A DNA stretch of 64,000 bases from Negaprion brevirostris (Eukaryota): assembly GCA_030324005.1 (NCBI GenBank), contig JARDVH010000163.1, positions 30,093,769-30,157,768 on the forward strand. Direction: 5' to 3'. A model generated the notes under the pieces. It did not search any database. It was not told where the DNA came from and saw only the letters and a program-made list of their open reading frames with translations. The translations under genes were made by a program, and so were the position numbers. Positions 14,209 through 28,610 of this stretch are shown here, piece by piece. Positions within the stretch are counted from its first letter, which is position 1; each line of letters opens with the position of its first letter.

Positions 14209-15119
14209 GTAAGAGTTTGAAACCAGTGCAGTAAACAGTATGCATTTTGGATTGAAATTTTTAAAATATAAGCTCTTTGCACACATTCTGTGCAACAGGC
14301 TACCTGGAGGCAGTGGAAACAGAGAACAAGGGTGAGCTATTTTGGTAGTAGGACATTGGAAGTTAAACGAGAACAAGAAGTTTGATTTTTAGGACTGAAC
14401 CAGTGGTTGGTGATTTGCAGTTCTTTATGTATCTTGATTGTCAGAGTTTGGAAAAAAGATGAGCAATGAGTACCCACCTGGATGTGGGTAGGTGATTAGA
14501 TTGAGTGCATTATATGTTCAGATTATACCATTATAAATATCTCTATTTTGTGAAAGCTAACAGCAAAAAAAAACTGCTTAACCACATCTGTCTCCAATTT
14601 AAGATAACGTTAGTCATATTGCAAATATGGCAGCATCATGTAGAAACTGTAATCAATTTCCTTTTTCTGTGGGTATTGTGAAATTTGGGAATGTTAACAT
14701 TTCCTAAAACATTTGAAAATATTGCAATGTCAGTACTCTTCCCCAGCATCCTGTCATGCTAATGGATTGTCACTGAAATTTCTTTTTAAGTATTGTAATT
14801 CCCTTGTAATATTGAGTAAAAGAGAAAAAAATCTTTTTACATTGGTATCATGTGACTGTTTCATTCAGCAGTGATGTCTCTGCTTGTAAATAAGTAATTA
14901 AATACTGGATTGCAGCTGATTTTCTTTCAACTTCAATTTTGCAGTGTGACTCATAGATGCTCTTGCTGCATGTCATACTGGGATTAAAAAGTTGAAGAGC
15001 AAGCATGTTCTGTCAACTGTGAATACTGTTTTTAAGTCAACTATAAATAATCAATTTGTCTGAAGTGCTGTAAAGGCCACCTTATTTGGCATACCTCGTA
15101 TGTTNNNNNNNNNNCCAAA

Positions 15120-17430
15120 TCATATGTAGGGTGGTAGAGAGGGGTGTAGTGAGGGCAAGGGATCAAGTTTGGGAAGATATAATGTATTAAATAGCAAAGA
15201 CAAGGCAGGAGAGCAAGGTAACATTAGGGAAATGACAAGCAGAGTGTGGCAGAGAGGAATGGAGTATACAAACCTAGAGTGCACCAAGAGATAAAGTTAG
15301 AAGTTACAATACAAGTTAAGAGATAGAACTGAAGGCTCCATATCTGAATGCACATAGCATTTGAGACAAAACAGATAAATTGACAGCATAAATAAAAATA
15401 AATATGTATGATTGGAGAGCCATTACGGGGACATGGTTTCAGGATGGCAAAGACTGAAACCTGAAAATTCATGTGTACATGACACTGAGGAAGGACAAAA
15501 AGCCAGGAAAAGTTGGAGGGATCGCTGTGTTGGTTAAGGATGACATTGGTACATTCGAGAGAAATTAATTTAGTTCTTGAGATCAAGATGTAGAATCAGT
15601 TTTGGTAGAGAAGAGAAACAGTAACGGTAAAAATTACTTGTGGGAATGGTTTATAACCCCCACCCAACAATAATACAATAGGACAGGGTATATAGGAATA
15701 GGTAAGGAGGGCCTTTGGGAAAGATTTGATAGCCTTAGGTGACGGCAGTATGGACATAGATTGGACAAATCAGATTGGCAGAGATAGTCTGCATGATGAG
15801 TTCATAGAGAATCTTCATGGCAGTTTCTGAAACCAGCACACTTTAGCATCAACAAGACAGCAGCTGTACTAGACCTAGTGGTGTGCAATGAGACCGGATT
15901 AATTAATGACCTCACTGAAGATGGAACTAGCAGTGCTCATAATATGTTTGAAAGAAAAGAGGAATGGATCTAAGACCATGTAAGCTTTAAATTTAAATAC
16001 GGCAATTATGAGTGCAGCAAGAGAGAACTAGTTAAAGTGAACTAGGAAAGTAGATTGAGCTAGGTCAGTAGAAATGCTGTGGCAGACATTTGAGGAGATA
16101 ATTCAGAATACTGAGAAGGAAAGACTACTATGTGTAACTAACTAGAGAGATAAAAGATGATATCAAATTAAAAGAAAAAGTGCATAATTCCACAAAGATG
16201 AGTGACGTCACTAGATTGGACAGAATATAAAGACTGGCAAAGATTAACAACGCAGGAGAAATTAGACAGAGACATGGCTAGAAATATAAAAAACAGGCAG
16301 TAAGTGTTTTAACAAAAAGGAAAAGAGTAATAGAATGAGTGTTGGTTCTTGGAAAATGGGAGATTTTAATGGTAAATAAGGAAATGGCAGATGAACTGAA
16401 CAAATATTTTGTCTGTTTTCATTGTGAAGGATACAAATAACATCCTAGAAATAATTATGATAAAGAGGTTAAAGGAAGGAGGAAACTTAAAACAATTACA
16501 ATCAACAGAGAAATAAACGGTACTGGGANNNNNNNNNNNNNNNNNNNNNNNNNNNCCCCCCCTTCTAATGGACTTCATCTTTAGGTCTTGAACAGTGTTT
16601 GCTGGGCTAGTAGATGCATTGATTTTAGTTTTCCAAAATTCTCTACATTCTTGAAAAATCTCTTCATCTGGATGAATGTTACTCCTATTCAAGAAACTAA
16701 GGAAACAGAAAGCAGGAAACTACAGGCCAGTTAGCATAAGGTTATAGCATGGCACTTAGAAAATCTCGATGCAATCAAGCAGTCAACATGGTTTTGTGGN
16801 NNNNNNNNNNNNNNNNNNNNNNNNNNNNNNNNNNNNNNNNNNNNNNNNNNNNNNNNNNNNNNNNNNNNNNNNNNNNNNNNNNNNNNNNNNNNNNNNNNNT
16901 GCAATCAAGCAGTCAACATGGTTTTGTGGAAAGGAAATCATATTTGACAAATTAATTGGAGTTCTTTGGATAAGTAACAAACAGTGTGGATAAAGGGGAA
17001 CCACTGACTATGCTGTACTTAGGTTTTCAAAAGGCATTTGGCAAGGTGCCACCTCAAAGCCATCTTGTAGAGGTTAATATACTAGCATCGGTGGTGGATT
17101 GGTTAGTTTATCGACAGCAGAGACTAGGCATAAGTGGGTCTTTTCTGAGTTGCCAAGATATGATGAGTGGAGTGCCACAAAAAGGATCAGGATTTATAAT
17201 TTATATCCATGACTTGGATGAAGGGACAAAACGTAGTTACAAAATTTGCAGATGTCACAAACATAGGTAGAAAAGTAAGTTGTGAAGAGGACATAGGAGT
17301 CTGCAAAGGGACGTAGATTGGTTAAATGAATGAATAAAAATTTGGCTAATGGAATATAATGTGGGAAATATGAACTTGTCCACTGTGGCAGGTAGATGTA
17401 TTCCCTGGTTGGGGGAGTCTAGAACTGGGG
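15120..17430 (+). mobile_element. Decayed CR1 LINE (endonuclease to RT)
   Basis: Endonuclease remnants 15330-15920; QHGFV...LTN and DKGEP...YLGFQKAFGKVP, GVPQ, DLDEG, KFAD remnants. Confidence 0.85.
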
Positions 17431-17871
17431 GGACAGCTTTACTTAGCTCTGTCGGATCAACACAGAACCTGATTTCTCCACTTGCTTTAGGGACTGTCAC
17501 TAGCCCTGAGTACCATTTTGTCTCAATGCGTTCTTTGATTTTCTTGATTGGTATGTTTATTACCCTCCCATTGGTAAATAGCAGATGGGTTTGGCATCTG
17601 GGAGTAGAGGTGATGCTATAACCCTTTTGAGCTTTCCCAGTCCCTGAAGCAACCGAGGAAGTAAATTCCTAAATCTGGTTCTGCTACAGAAGACCAGGTC
17701 CTGATCATGCTGCCCTGCTGAGCAGACAAAGTTGCTGATTTTGTGGGATGTAGAGTTTTGTTAATTTCTTTATCTCTATATCTAAAGGTTGTAGTAATAT
17801 GGCCCTTTACTTTGTGGTCTGTGCCTCCTGGTCCCTGTAGCTATATTTTATTGGCTGGATCTCAATGAAAT

Positions 17872-18062
17872 TGGGTTTCCTCCGGGTGCTCCAGTTTCCT
17901 TCCACAGTCCAAAGATGTGCAGGTTAGGTTGATTGGCCATGTTAAATTGACCCGAGTGTCAGAGGGGTTAGCAGGGTAAATGTATGGGGTTATGGCATTA
18001 GGGTTTGGGTGGGATTCTGGTCGGCTCAAACTTGATGAGCCGAATGTACTATAGGAATTCTA
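17872..18062 (+). mobile_element. 5'-truncated V-domain SINE (HE1-like)
   Basis: Core tgggtttcctccgggtgctccagtttcc..ccacagtccaaagatgtgcaggttagg. Confidence 0.75.
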
Positions 18063-20487
18063 TAAAATTAAGCCAGCCTGATTTGTCTGATAAGACTGTG
18101 ACCCCAGCCCCAGTGTCCAGTTTAAATACTGAACTGTCTTCTTTGACTATTAGCTTTACAAATCCAAACTACTTATTGGGAGCTTTAATTTCTCTGGGAA
18201 ATCAACAAGTTAAGATGCTGTAATCCAATTGCCTGGACCTCAAAATGATTAGAAGCCTTTGCCAGTTTACTTCCTTTAAATTATGCTTTAGATCTGCAGA
18301 ATTGTTTAAAATATCTGGTCTTGTCACAGAGAAAGGACTTAGCTTCTCTTGCTGGGCTGCCTTTGAGCAATGCTGTTTTAGGTACTGCATCCAGGGATAT
18401 TTTAAAGTAGGTGGGAGGGTTCTTTCCACCCCTTCGGCAGTTTTGATCATTTTTAGGCTTTTCAGTGGGCAGGACTCCAGACTTCAGGCCTACTTATTGG
18501 ATCGATCCTTCCAAAGCCTCAACGACTCATCAAATCATACCCCAAATCTACTGTTGAAGCTCTGTATGCCTTGCAAACTGTTCGGTCGTTCTCTAATGTT
18601 AAATCCTCCTTGTTTTGCAAAATGTTTGATGACATGTCATTGAGCGTGCTGATTACCATACTGGCAAGTCAATACAAATGTGAATAAATAGGTCAGTGGA
18701 TTCATCCAGTTTTTGGATGAGTTGATCATTCAGTGACCAGATTCCTAGGGCAGAATTAACTATTGAAGCCCCTCAAAATTACTTTGGTTGCCGAGGTCTC
18801 CTTGACTCCTTGTCTCAGCAGGTCAGCATCAACCATGGCCTTAATTGCTTATAAAAGGGTGCTGACCTAGCATTTTTGTGCCATTTCTTGTAATCCTTTC
18901 TTAGGCAAGAATTTGGATTGATTTTTGAGTTGAAAACTTTTTTGTAAGTTGCATTCCTATATTTTTACTTGTACTATTACAAAAGCCATGGTGAGCAGCT
19001 AATTTTTCAGGAGGCTCTGTGCATGCATAGTACAGCATATAAAGTTCTTTGGACTGAGGATGCAGGCCCAATGCACCTGCATAAAACAGAGAATACCAAA
19101 AATACCAGTTGTGTTATTAGGAACAGAGTGCCATAATAAAGAGTCCCATGCAGGTGAAAAAGAGAGCAGACAGGAAGAGGTCCCAAACAAAGGTGCATTC
19201 TCTGGAATCCAGGGGAATCTCGAAGATGAGATTGAAACCCTGTGAGGTGGGCCATTGTTGGAGAGAATTTCTCAGCAAGGTCTTTGAAGGTGAAGACTGA
19301 AATTCTTTGTGAAGAGAGGCAGGGTTTTGATGAGATAGCGAACACTTGAGTCAACCTGACATTTGGGTGAACTGTTGAGAAATTTGTGGGATCTGTCTTG
19401 GTTACATCTGCCATTTATTGTGCAGTATGGCATGCTCGACTGCCATTTGCCTGTTAATTCACTTGTGCCACATATTAATCCTGAATGTTAAGAGAATAAG
19501 GTAGATGTTGCAAATTGTTTAACCTTGTATAGTAAATTCTATTTTTGTTTCAAACCTGTGGAATCTTTTGGCTTTGTTCTCTGAACAAATGTTTTAATCT
19601 CAAACTTGATCTATTTTAAGCAAAACGCTATTGGTCCCTAACCAGGCTTTACCAACAACTTATGGGTCTGTTCTGGCATCATCATAATATATATCCACAC
19701 TTTTTGGAAAATGTATTTGTGTTTCTGATTGCTTATTTAAAAAATAATCCGTGCACAAAATGTTTGACTGCTCAGCAAAGCATTTTTCTTTGTTACTGCC
19801 TTTAGGCAAGAAATACAGTTGGAAAATCTTGTTTTATTTTGGTATGATTCTACTGCTTCTGCCTAATTGATGCAGCACCAGTAAGAATCAGCATCTCTGC
19901 CACTGCTTTGCCTATCAGGCATTCATAGCTGCTAACACAGGCAACAATGATTGAGCATTGCAACCTTCGTCAGTGTTTAGATTATATATACAATGGTTCC
20001 TACTGGTCTGATGCCACAGTCAGTTATTCATTTAGAACTGCATAATCATTCTGAATTTAAGGTACTATATGGATCTGTGCAAGCTGCCGGTTCTCATAAC
20101 TGCCAACAGGAGCTCAGCACAAGCTATCAGAATGAATCGCTGAAAATTTCCAGCCTAGGTGTGATGCTTCTTTAACGTTAGAGGGCAAATCTTGAAAGAG
20201 GGATATTTAATTACATTATGATTGTATGATGCTTAGTCTATTTTTAAAAGTATACGTAGAACTGAACGTATTAAACTGCTAGAGTTTGTTAGTTTCATCA
20301 TTGTAAATATAGTCTGAGGCATCATGATATAAACTTGTTTTATATTTCTCCAAAGATCTGTCATTCATTATATGTTGCTTCATTATTTGTTTCTAAAATG
20401 AGTGGGGATATTTACTTATAGGTTTTCTTAAAAATTCACAATTTAGAAATGTAGCTGACTTACTGTTTTGTTGTTGTGTTTCAACAG

Positions 20488-20562
20488 CTGGATCAGTTAG
20501 TTGTGGATGCAGCTAAAGAGAAGAGAGATATGGAACAAAAGCACTCCACTATTCAACAGAAG
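20488..20562 (+). CDS. ACAP2: ACAP2 exon, end of BAR (LDQLVVDAAKEKRDMEQKHSTIQQK)
   Basis: caacag| and |gtacgt; 75 nt, phase 0/0; DAAKEKR and HSTIQQK are ACAP2-type rather than ACAP1/3. Confidence 0.95.
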
Positions 20563-21213
20563 GTACGTGGACAGATGTGAAATCTTGCACAATGTAAACA
20601 TCCCATTATATCTGGAAATTTATACGCAGTTCAAATGTTTTACATTATTCAGTTGTTTGCTTTAATTTATGTATGCTAACTTTACTCATAAAATACCGAT
20701 TTAGGATTTATATTTATCATATTTGTGGTCTACTACGTGCAAATCAGTGTTCCAAGATCAATGTGCAGTTATTCCCAATGTGGGCACTAACTATAATGGC
20801 AGCTGCTATCCTAAAAAAACCCTAAACTAAATAAAGCCATTAACAGGACTGTTGCTTGTGATTTATTGGATTTTCTTTCTATTTGTCTGATACTTGTAAA
20901 TTTCATTTTTTGGATTTCAATTTACTGAATTGAAACTTTTTTCATTTTACAAAAACCTTTGGTTAGATGCATATTTCTCACTTTTTGAAAGCAACTGTAG
21001 CAAAGTATAGAATTTTATAATAAAAATGTGTATTGGAAAGGTGATATAGACCGAATGCTGGAAATTAAAACTAAAATGACAAAAAATACAATACTGACTA
21101 TAAATAGGACAAAATTCAAGATGTAGTCTGAGTTGTCAATTGTAGCCATATAGGGGTTGAGTGTCTCGCTTATAATATTTCAGCGACTGAAAATTCCATG
21201 AAGTTGCTTTGAA

Positions 21214-21497
21214 GGGCAGCATGATGACATAGTGGTTAGCTTCACAGCACCAGGGACCCAGGTTCGATTCCTGGCTTGGGTCACTATCTGTAGAGTTTGC
21301 ACATTTTCCTTGTGTCTGTGTGGGTTTCCTCTTGGTGCTCTGGTTTCCTCCCACAGTATGGAAGGTGGTTAGGTATTGGCCATGCTAAGTTCTCCCTCAG
21401 TATACCTGAACAAGTGCTGGAGTGTGGCGATTGGGGGATTTTCACAGTAACTTCATTGCAGTGTTAATGTAAAACTACTTGTGACTAAAAAATATAC
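21214..21497 (+). mobile_element. tRNA-derived V-domain SINE
   Basis: A/B box-like head (gtggttagc...ggttcgattcc), V core, tail ...cacagtaacttcattgcagtgttaatgtaa; tail-only copies near 27828, 35790 and 49160. Confidence 0.8.
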
Positions 21498-23269
21498 TTT
21501 TTTTTTAACTTGGAGATCAATAATTTTTTACTGTGGCCTTTGACACTAACAAACAAGTATAGTTTGTCTAACCACGCAAACTCTGAATCAAAATAAAAAC
21601 AGTAGTGACATGATAGAATCAGAAAATGCTTGAAGTGATCAGCAGGTTAGGTTGATGACCTAAAGTTAAGTTGGGAAGAGTTAGGACTGCTTTGTGTGGG
21701 GCTCTGGGATGTTCAGACCTGAGTGAAAAGGGAATATTTGGCTGGTGGGGACTTAACTTAGAAACAGGTTGATTTTTTTTTTGACCAAGAATGTGGATTT
21801 AAGCCAAACCAAAACGCTGGCGTCTAGTTTTCTTGATATTGGCGTCTTTGTATTTTGTCTGAAAGTAAGTTGATTAGAAGCCAGAATTTTCTTCTGAAAC
21901 TCAACTGAACTGGTTTAACTTCAGTTTAAAAAACAGATATTGTGCTAATATAAGACATAAAATTGTGTGATGAAAACCCAAAACACTTAATCTTATATTA
22001 ATAAAAATATTAATCCCAATCATGCAATACATGGATAGCACTTTATCCAAGAGTATTTCATTGTGTTTAATAGCTTAGTGATTGCTAGAAAATAATTATT
22101 TGGAACTCGATATGAAGTAACTATCTCCAATCTCCCGTTTCCTATCAGTCACTATCTTTTTTGAGTTCAGCAATTTGAGTGATATGTTTAGATACGTAGC
22201 ATTTCATCAGTCTATCTTTAGAATTTACATTCAGTCTAGACCAATTGAATATTTCCTTTCCTTGCAAGACCCTATCTGAAAAGAATTTCACCAAGTTTCT
22301 AGTTGATATGAATCATCCATAGCTCAAAAAATTGTCTTAATTTGGCACATTAGAATCAAGTTAACCATTTCAACTGCAGGGATTATAGAAGTGTTGCAGG
22401 AAATGGAAACACAAAACAGCACCACCTATGCCATTAATTTTGAGGTTAAAGTATATTGTTAGGCAGAATAAAAGTAGCTAGCTGTGTTGTACTTCACATT
22501 GGAATGCTAGTTGCTGACATTGGGTACCTTTGGAGGAACTGTTCTATATTCCAGCACTGAGGTCTCCTCATGACGAGCATTATATGTATTAACCTTCAGC
22601 TGAAAGGTACTAATTTTGAATTCCTCTTCTGTAAATAGCAAATGCTTTCCAACTTATTTTCCAACTATTATTTTTAGATGGTTTGTGATGAATGGCCGGT
22701 TTTGGTGTTTGTGCCTCTAATGTAGAATTTGAGCTTGTTGCCTTGTTCAGAAAGGTTGTGAAAAGCTGTAAGTGTACATTCCGTTGCATCTTTTTGTGTT
22801 TTAGCTTTGCAAAGTTACTGAGTTTTAAAAGAAGCGCAGTAAAGTAGTCAAAAACGGAACTAAATCCTATCAGAGGTTTTGACTTGTGATGATGTAAGCA
22901 TAATGTGACTTGTGGCAGAAAAAAAATAGATCTAAAGGTTGGCAACATTATTTCATCTAAGAAGATGATGTCCAGTTTCTCAAAGAGGACCTTAGAGGGG
23001 GAGCGCACTTTGGTTTCTAGCACTTCAATCCCTGCAGTTGTCTAGGCAACATATTCATATTACAATGGATTTACTAAATGAGAAGCGAGTGAAAATCTGT
23101 TGTTCAGATGACCTGGAGAAGTGGATTATCGCTGAGTTGCCTACATGCTTTCCCAAATTTGAATCAGCAGCTTTAAATTATTTTTGTTTTAAGTTTTCCT
23201 ATTCCCTGCTTTGAGCTCTGACTTGTGTGAAATATGGAAATCAGCAGTCCTGTGGTTAGTGTCCTTTGT

Positions 23270-24590
23270 ATTTATTCAGGGGATGTGGAAGTCATTGGCA
23301 AGAGGTGTATTTAATGCCCATCCCGTAGTGTCTCTGAGAAGGTAGTGATGTACCAGCTTTTTGAACTATTGTTGTCTCTGATATGATGAGACTGCCTCTG
23401 TTACAGAAGGGTTTGTAGGATTTTAACCCAACAATGATGAAGGAGCAGCAATATATTTCCAAGTCATGATGGTGTGTGACTTGGAGCAGGAACTGGGACA
23501 TAGTGGCGCCTGCTGCCCTTATCCTTCTTAGCAGATAGGAGTTGAGGCCTTGGGAAGTAATCCTTGAAATATAGCTCCAGTGCACTTTCTAGATGGTACA
23601 CACTATAACAACAGTGTGTTTATGGTGGAGAGAGTGAATGTTGAAGATGACGATGGACGGATGCTAATCAAAAGGCTACTTTGTTTTGGATGTTTGACAA
23701 ACCTACTGGAATTCTTTGAGGATACAACCAGCAACATTGAAAAGGAGAACCAGTGGATATGGTGTATTTGGATTTTCAGAAAACTTTTGATAAAGTCCCA
23801 CATAAAAGGTTAGTGTGGAAAATTGGAACACTTGGAGTTTGGGTAATATATTGGTATGGATTGAAAATAGGTTAGCAGACAGGAAACAGTAGAAATAATT
23901 TTTTGGAGTGGCAGGTAGAAGGTATTGACAAACATCTATTGCTGTTGGATCTGCATTCATCCAGGCAAGTGAAGAGTATTTGACCACATTCCTGACTTAT
24001 ACCCTGTTGATGGTGGAGGTGGGTCATTTACCATAGAAAACCTAGCTTCTGACCTACTCTTGTCATCACAGTATATGTGCAGTTAACTCAGTTAATTTCC
24101 AGTCAGTGATGACCAGAATGATGATTCTTGCTGGTGTCTTTTCCCTTGATTCTTAATGACTCTTGTTTCACTGGGGCTGCCCAAATGCCTAGAGTAGTCA
24201 CTCTCACTCCTTATATGGAATTCAGCACTTCTGTTCATCTTTGGACCAAGGCTGTAATGAGATCAGGAATCAAGTAACCTTGGGGGGATCCAAACTGAGT
24301 ATTGGTGCTCAGGATATTGGTAATTGTGGCTTGAAATCTCTGTGATAACCTCATCCATCACTTTGCTGTTGAGTGGACTGATAGGGCTTTAATAGATCAG
24401 ATTGGGTTTGTCTTGCTTTTTGTGGGTATCATATATTTGAGTAATGTTCCATTTTGTTGGATAGGTGTTAGTATTGTAACTGAAAAAAAGAATTTGGATA
24501 GAATTATGGCCAGTTCTAGAGCATGTCTTCAATACCATAGCCAGGCTGTTGTTGGGGCCCATAGCTTTTGCTGTATCTCTTGATACTGTC
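23270..24590 (-). mobile_element. Decayed LINE 3' part whose tail matches the SINE at 48555, with a + strand CR1 RT fragment nested at about 23690-23910
   Basis: gggatgtgg...gcccatccc is the reverse complement of the 48860-48905 tail; CLTNLLEFFED in ORF 23580. Confidence 0.55.
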
Positions 24591-24779
24591 GGCATAATCA
24601 TTCTTTATGATTGGAGGCTAGTCAGTGACTATCAGTAGTATATGCAATTGTTTGGGAGAAATATAAGATATCACAGACAGCCTTGAGCCTCATCTACTTC
24701 AAGAACCCATTGTTTTTCTGCTCTGTCCAGTTATTCCTACTCTAACACCATATGTGCGTTGCTGCTGCAGCTAGAAAAA

Positions 24780-27700
24780 TAGAAACATAGAAAATAGGAA
24801 TCAGAATAGATCATTCGGCCCTTCAAGTCTGCTCCACCAATCAGTATGATCATGGCTGATCCTCTATCTCAATGCCAGAATCTTGTGCTCTTCCCTTACA
24901 CCTTGATGCCTTTAAAATCTAGAAATCTATTTGTATCCTCCTGAAATATATTCGGTAATTTGGCCTTCATAACCTCTGATGGAATTCTAGACCACAAACT
25001 CTAGTGAACGCAGTGGTCTCTCCAATTCCCTATACGGCTGCAGTAAGAAATCCTTGTTCCTGTATTCAAGTCCTCTTGCAATGAAGGTCAGTACACCATT
25101 TGCCACCTTCAGTCCTTGCTGCACCTGAATGCTTGCTTTCAGTGATTGGTGTACAAGGATACCCAGGTCCTTTCGTACTGTAACATTTTGCAATCTGTTA
25201 CTATTTAAATAATACTGTACCGTTCTGTTGTTCCTACTGAAGTGAAAATCTTCACACTTGTCCACATAATATTGCATTTGCCATGTAGTTGTCACTCACT
25301 TAACTTGTCTAAATCACCTTGCAGCTTCTTTACATTATTCCCATCACTCACATTCCAACCAAGTTTTTAGTTAACAGCAAAGCTGAGAACGTTAGATTGG
25401 GCTCCTTCATCAAAAATTAGTGGGACCCCCACTAGTTATTGTCTGCCACTCTGAAAATTTCTCCCTACTCTGTTTCCTGTCTGCTAACCAATTCTCAATC
25501 CATGCCAATATATTACTCAATTCTGTGTTTCAATTTTGCATACTAACCTCTTACTGTGAGACTTTACTCAAAAGCTTTCTGAAAAATCTAAATAGACCAC
25601 ATCCACTGGTTCTCCCTTATCTATTCTGCTAGTTTCATCATCAGAAAGCTTCAGTAGGTTTTTGTCAAACCTTGATTTTCCTGTTGACTTTGTCTAATCC
25701 CATTGATATTTACTAAGTGCCCTGTTATCAAATCCTTTATAATAGACACTAGTGTTTTCTCTATCACTGATGTTAGGCTAACCAGTATGTAATTCCCTAT
25801 TTTCTCCCTTTTTTAAATAGTGAGGTTACATTTGCCACCCTCCGATCTGTCGGTACTGTTCCAGAATCTACAGAATTTTGGAAAATGACCACCATTTCAT
25901 CCAATATTTCAATGGTCGCCACCTTTAGTACCCTGGGATGTAGATTATCAGGCCTTGGGAATTTGTCAGCTTTCAATCCCAATTAATTCCTCCATCATAG
26001 TTTTTTTCAGTAATACTAACGTCCTTCAATTCCTCCTTCTCACTGGGCCCTTAGTTCCCTAGCATTTCTGAGAACTTATTTGTATCTTCCATTGAGTTGA
26101 AGCAGTTTTTAAATTGCTCTGACATTTCCTTATTCCTTTGTTTCAGACTGTAAGGGACCTATTAATGTCTTCAGTAATCTTTTTCATTTTGCATACTTAA
26201 AGGAGTTTTTATGTTACTTGCGAGTTTAATCTCACTTTCTATGTTCCCTGTCTTTATCAATCTGTTTGTCCTTCTTGCTGAATTCTGAACTGCTCCCAGT
26301 CATCAGTCTCACTACTTTTTCTAGCAACTTTAATTGATCCCTTCTGTGGATTCTCCTTATTTTCTTTTGTTAATTGTGGTTGGGCTGTTTTTCTTGTGTT
26401 TTTGCATCAGAAAGGCTATTGCACTGCATACATTCACTTCATAAATATTTCCCATTGCCTATCCACTATCATGCGTTTCAGTGAAGTTCCCCAGTCTATC
26501 TTTGTTGACTTGTGCCTCGTACCTTCATAGTTTCCTTTGTTTAGATTTAGGACCCTAGTTTTGCATCGGACTTCTTCACTTTCTGTTCTAATGAAGAATT
26601 CTGTCCTGTTATGGTCACTGTTCTCTAAAGGATCTCACACAACAAGTTTGTTAATTAAACCCTTCTCATTGCACAATACCAAATCTAGGATAGCTCATTC
26701 CCTCAATGTGTTGGTCTAAAAAAAATCATCCCACATACACTCCAGGAATTCATCTGCCGCAGTACTATTGCTAATTTAGTTTGCCAATTCTGTAGATTAA
26801 AGTCATCCGTAGTTACTGCAGCATCTTTGTTACATGCATCTCTAATATCCCTCTTCAGTGCCATGCCCAAACGTTTGTACTACTGTCTGGAGATCAGTGA
26901 ACAGCTCTCACTAATGTTTCCTGCCCTTTTTTGCTTCTTAGCTCCACCCAGACTGATTTTACATCTAGATTTTTTGAACCAAGATCCTCTCTCGCTATTG
27001 CACTGATTTTTTCCTTAACAAACAATGCCACCACACTCCCCTTACTTTTTTGGCCTTTCCTTCATTAATATTGAGTACTGTTTGGTGTTCAGTTCCCAGG
27101 CTGGATCACTCAGCAACCATGTCCCCATAATCACAGTCATATTGTACCCACTTGTATCTATTTGTGCTGTTAATTTGCTACCTAATGGCAAATGCTCCAT
27201 GCATTGTGGCACAGTGCCTTAGACTTTGTCTTTTAACATTTTTACACATTTTTTGTGCTGTCCTATTTGCTGTTAGCACTTGTTTCCTCTGGCTCCCACC
27301 TTTGCTTTCTATTTTTCTGTCTTTCATTTCTATCTTTGTTTCCCTGTCTCATATCATGCTGCTCAGATTCCCATCCCCCTGCCACTCTAGTTTAAACCAT
27401 GCCCAATAATGCTAGCAAATACCCATGTCCCTATATTGTTTCATGTCCTGCTGGGATGCAGCCAATCCAGCTTGCATAGGTTCCACCTTCCTGAGAGTAC
27501 CTCAGTGATCTAAATGCCTCCCTCTTACACCATCACTTCAACCACACATTCATCTGGTCTATTCTATTCCTGATCTCAGTTGCACACAACCTTCAAGGCT
27601 TGCTTTTTAACTTACTCCATAGCTCACTATTCTCTGCTTTCAGGATCTCACCCCTCTTTTTACCTGTATTGTTACTACTGATATGGACCACAACCTCTGC

Positions 27701-28270
27701 TTGTTCAGTTGCCTCCTTCCAAAATGCCCTGCAGCCCTTCAGTGACAATCTTGACTCAGGCACTAGGGAGACAACATACCATCCTGAAGTCACATTTGTG
27801 ACTGCAGAAACAGCTGTCTGTTCCCTTTTCACAGTAATCTCATTGCAATGTTAATGTAAGTCTTACTTTATGATTAATAAACTTTTACAATGGAATTTCC
27901 CATCACTGTTGCTCCTTTTTTCTCTCCCCCCACTCCATGCAGCTAAATCTTCATGGTGCCAAGGATTTGGTTCTTGCTGCATTCCGCTATGAAACCACCT
28001 CCCCGGCGGTATCCATAATAGATACTCTAAGAGAGGGAGATGGACCCAAGGTCTACAGCACTACCTGCCTAGTGCTTTTACTCTGTCTGACAGTCACCCA
28101 TTCCCATTCTGCCTGCATACTTGTAGCAAGACCACCTCAGTGTGTATGCCATCCACAAAGATCTCACCCTTGCGGATGCTTCATGATGACTCCAGCCACT
28201 GCAATCAGCAGCTGTCTCCACTCGCGGTTTTGGTGAAATGTGTCTGAAATTCAACATGTACAGATTAGAC
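24780..28270 (-). mobile_element. Near full-length decayed CR1 LINE (ORF1 esterase remnant, endonuclease, RT, tail)
   Basis: ORF 27593-27832 EQAEVVVHISSN (SGNH-like ORF1); 25797-25982 LKADKFPRPDNLHPRVLK; 24987-25295 WQMQYYVDKC...DLGILVH; (tagaaaca)n tail at 24780. Confidence 0.9.
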
Positions 28271-28459
28271 CAGGTAGAAGCAGGGCTGAGCTTAGTGGAT
28301 TTATTCAGATAGCAAAGGTACCCTTTTGAGTAGGTAATGTACCCCTTTGGACGTGATCCTGGGACAACTTTTAATGGGGGGTGGTCAGGTGGCATTTGGG
28401 CGAGGGTCAGGTGCCCTTAGAATGGCTGACCAAAGGCATGAATGGCATAAACTTATTGA

Positions 28460-28610
28460 TACTGTCAAATACAACTGTCAATAAGAACATAAGAAAAATG
28501 TAAAGAACTGTCAAGAGGAGCTGTCAAAACCAACTGTCAAAAATGTCAAGAGAACTCTCGAAACAACTGTCAAAAATGTCAGTGAATTGTGTGGAGAAGC
28601 TGTCAACAAC
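28460..28610. repeat. Degenerate CTGTCAA repeat cluster
   Basis: Seven CTGTCAA (28462, 28475, 28508, 28521, 28534, 28567, 28600) plus two ATGTCA in 150 bp. Confidence 0.85.

Noticed and set aside
16749-16993. Apparent tandem repeat tgcaatcaagcagtcaacatggttttgtgg
   Set aside because: Overlapping contig ends around a 100-N gap.
18740-19690. Possible LTR-like element (also about 32030-32990)
   Set aside because: No clear termini or TSD found by eye.
21214-21290. tRNA-like A/B boxes (also at 48555 and 51238)
   Set aside because: These are SINE heads with no complete cloverleaf.
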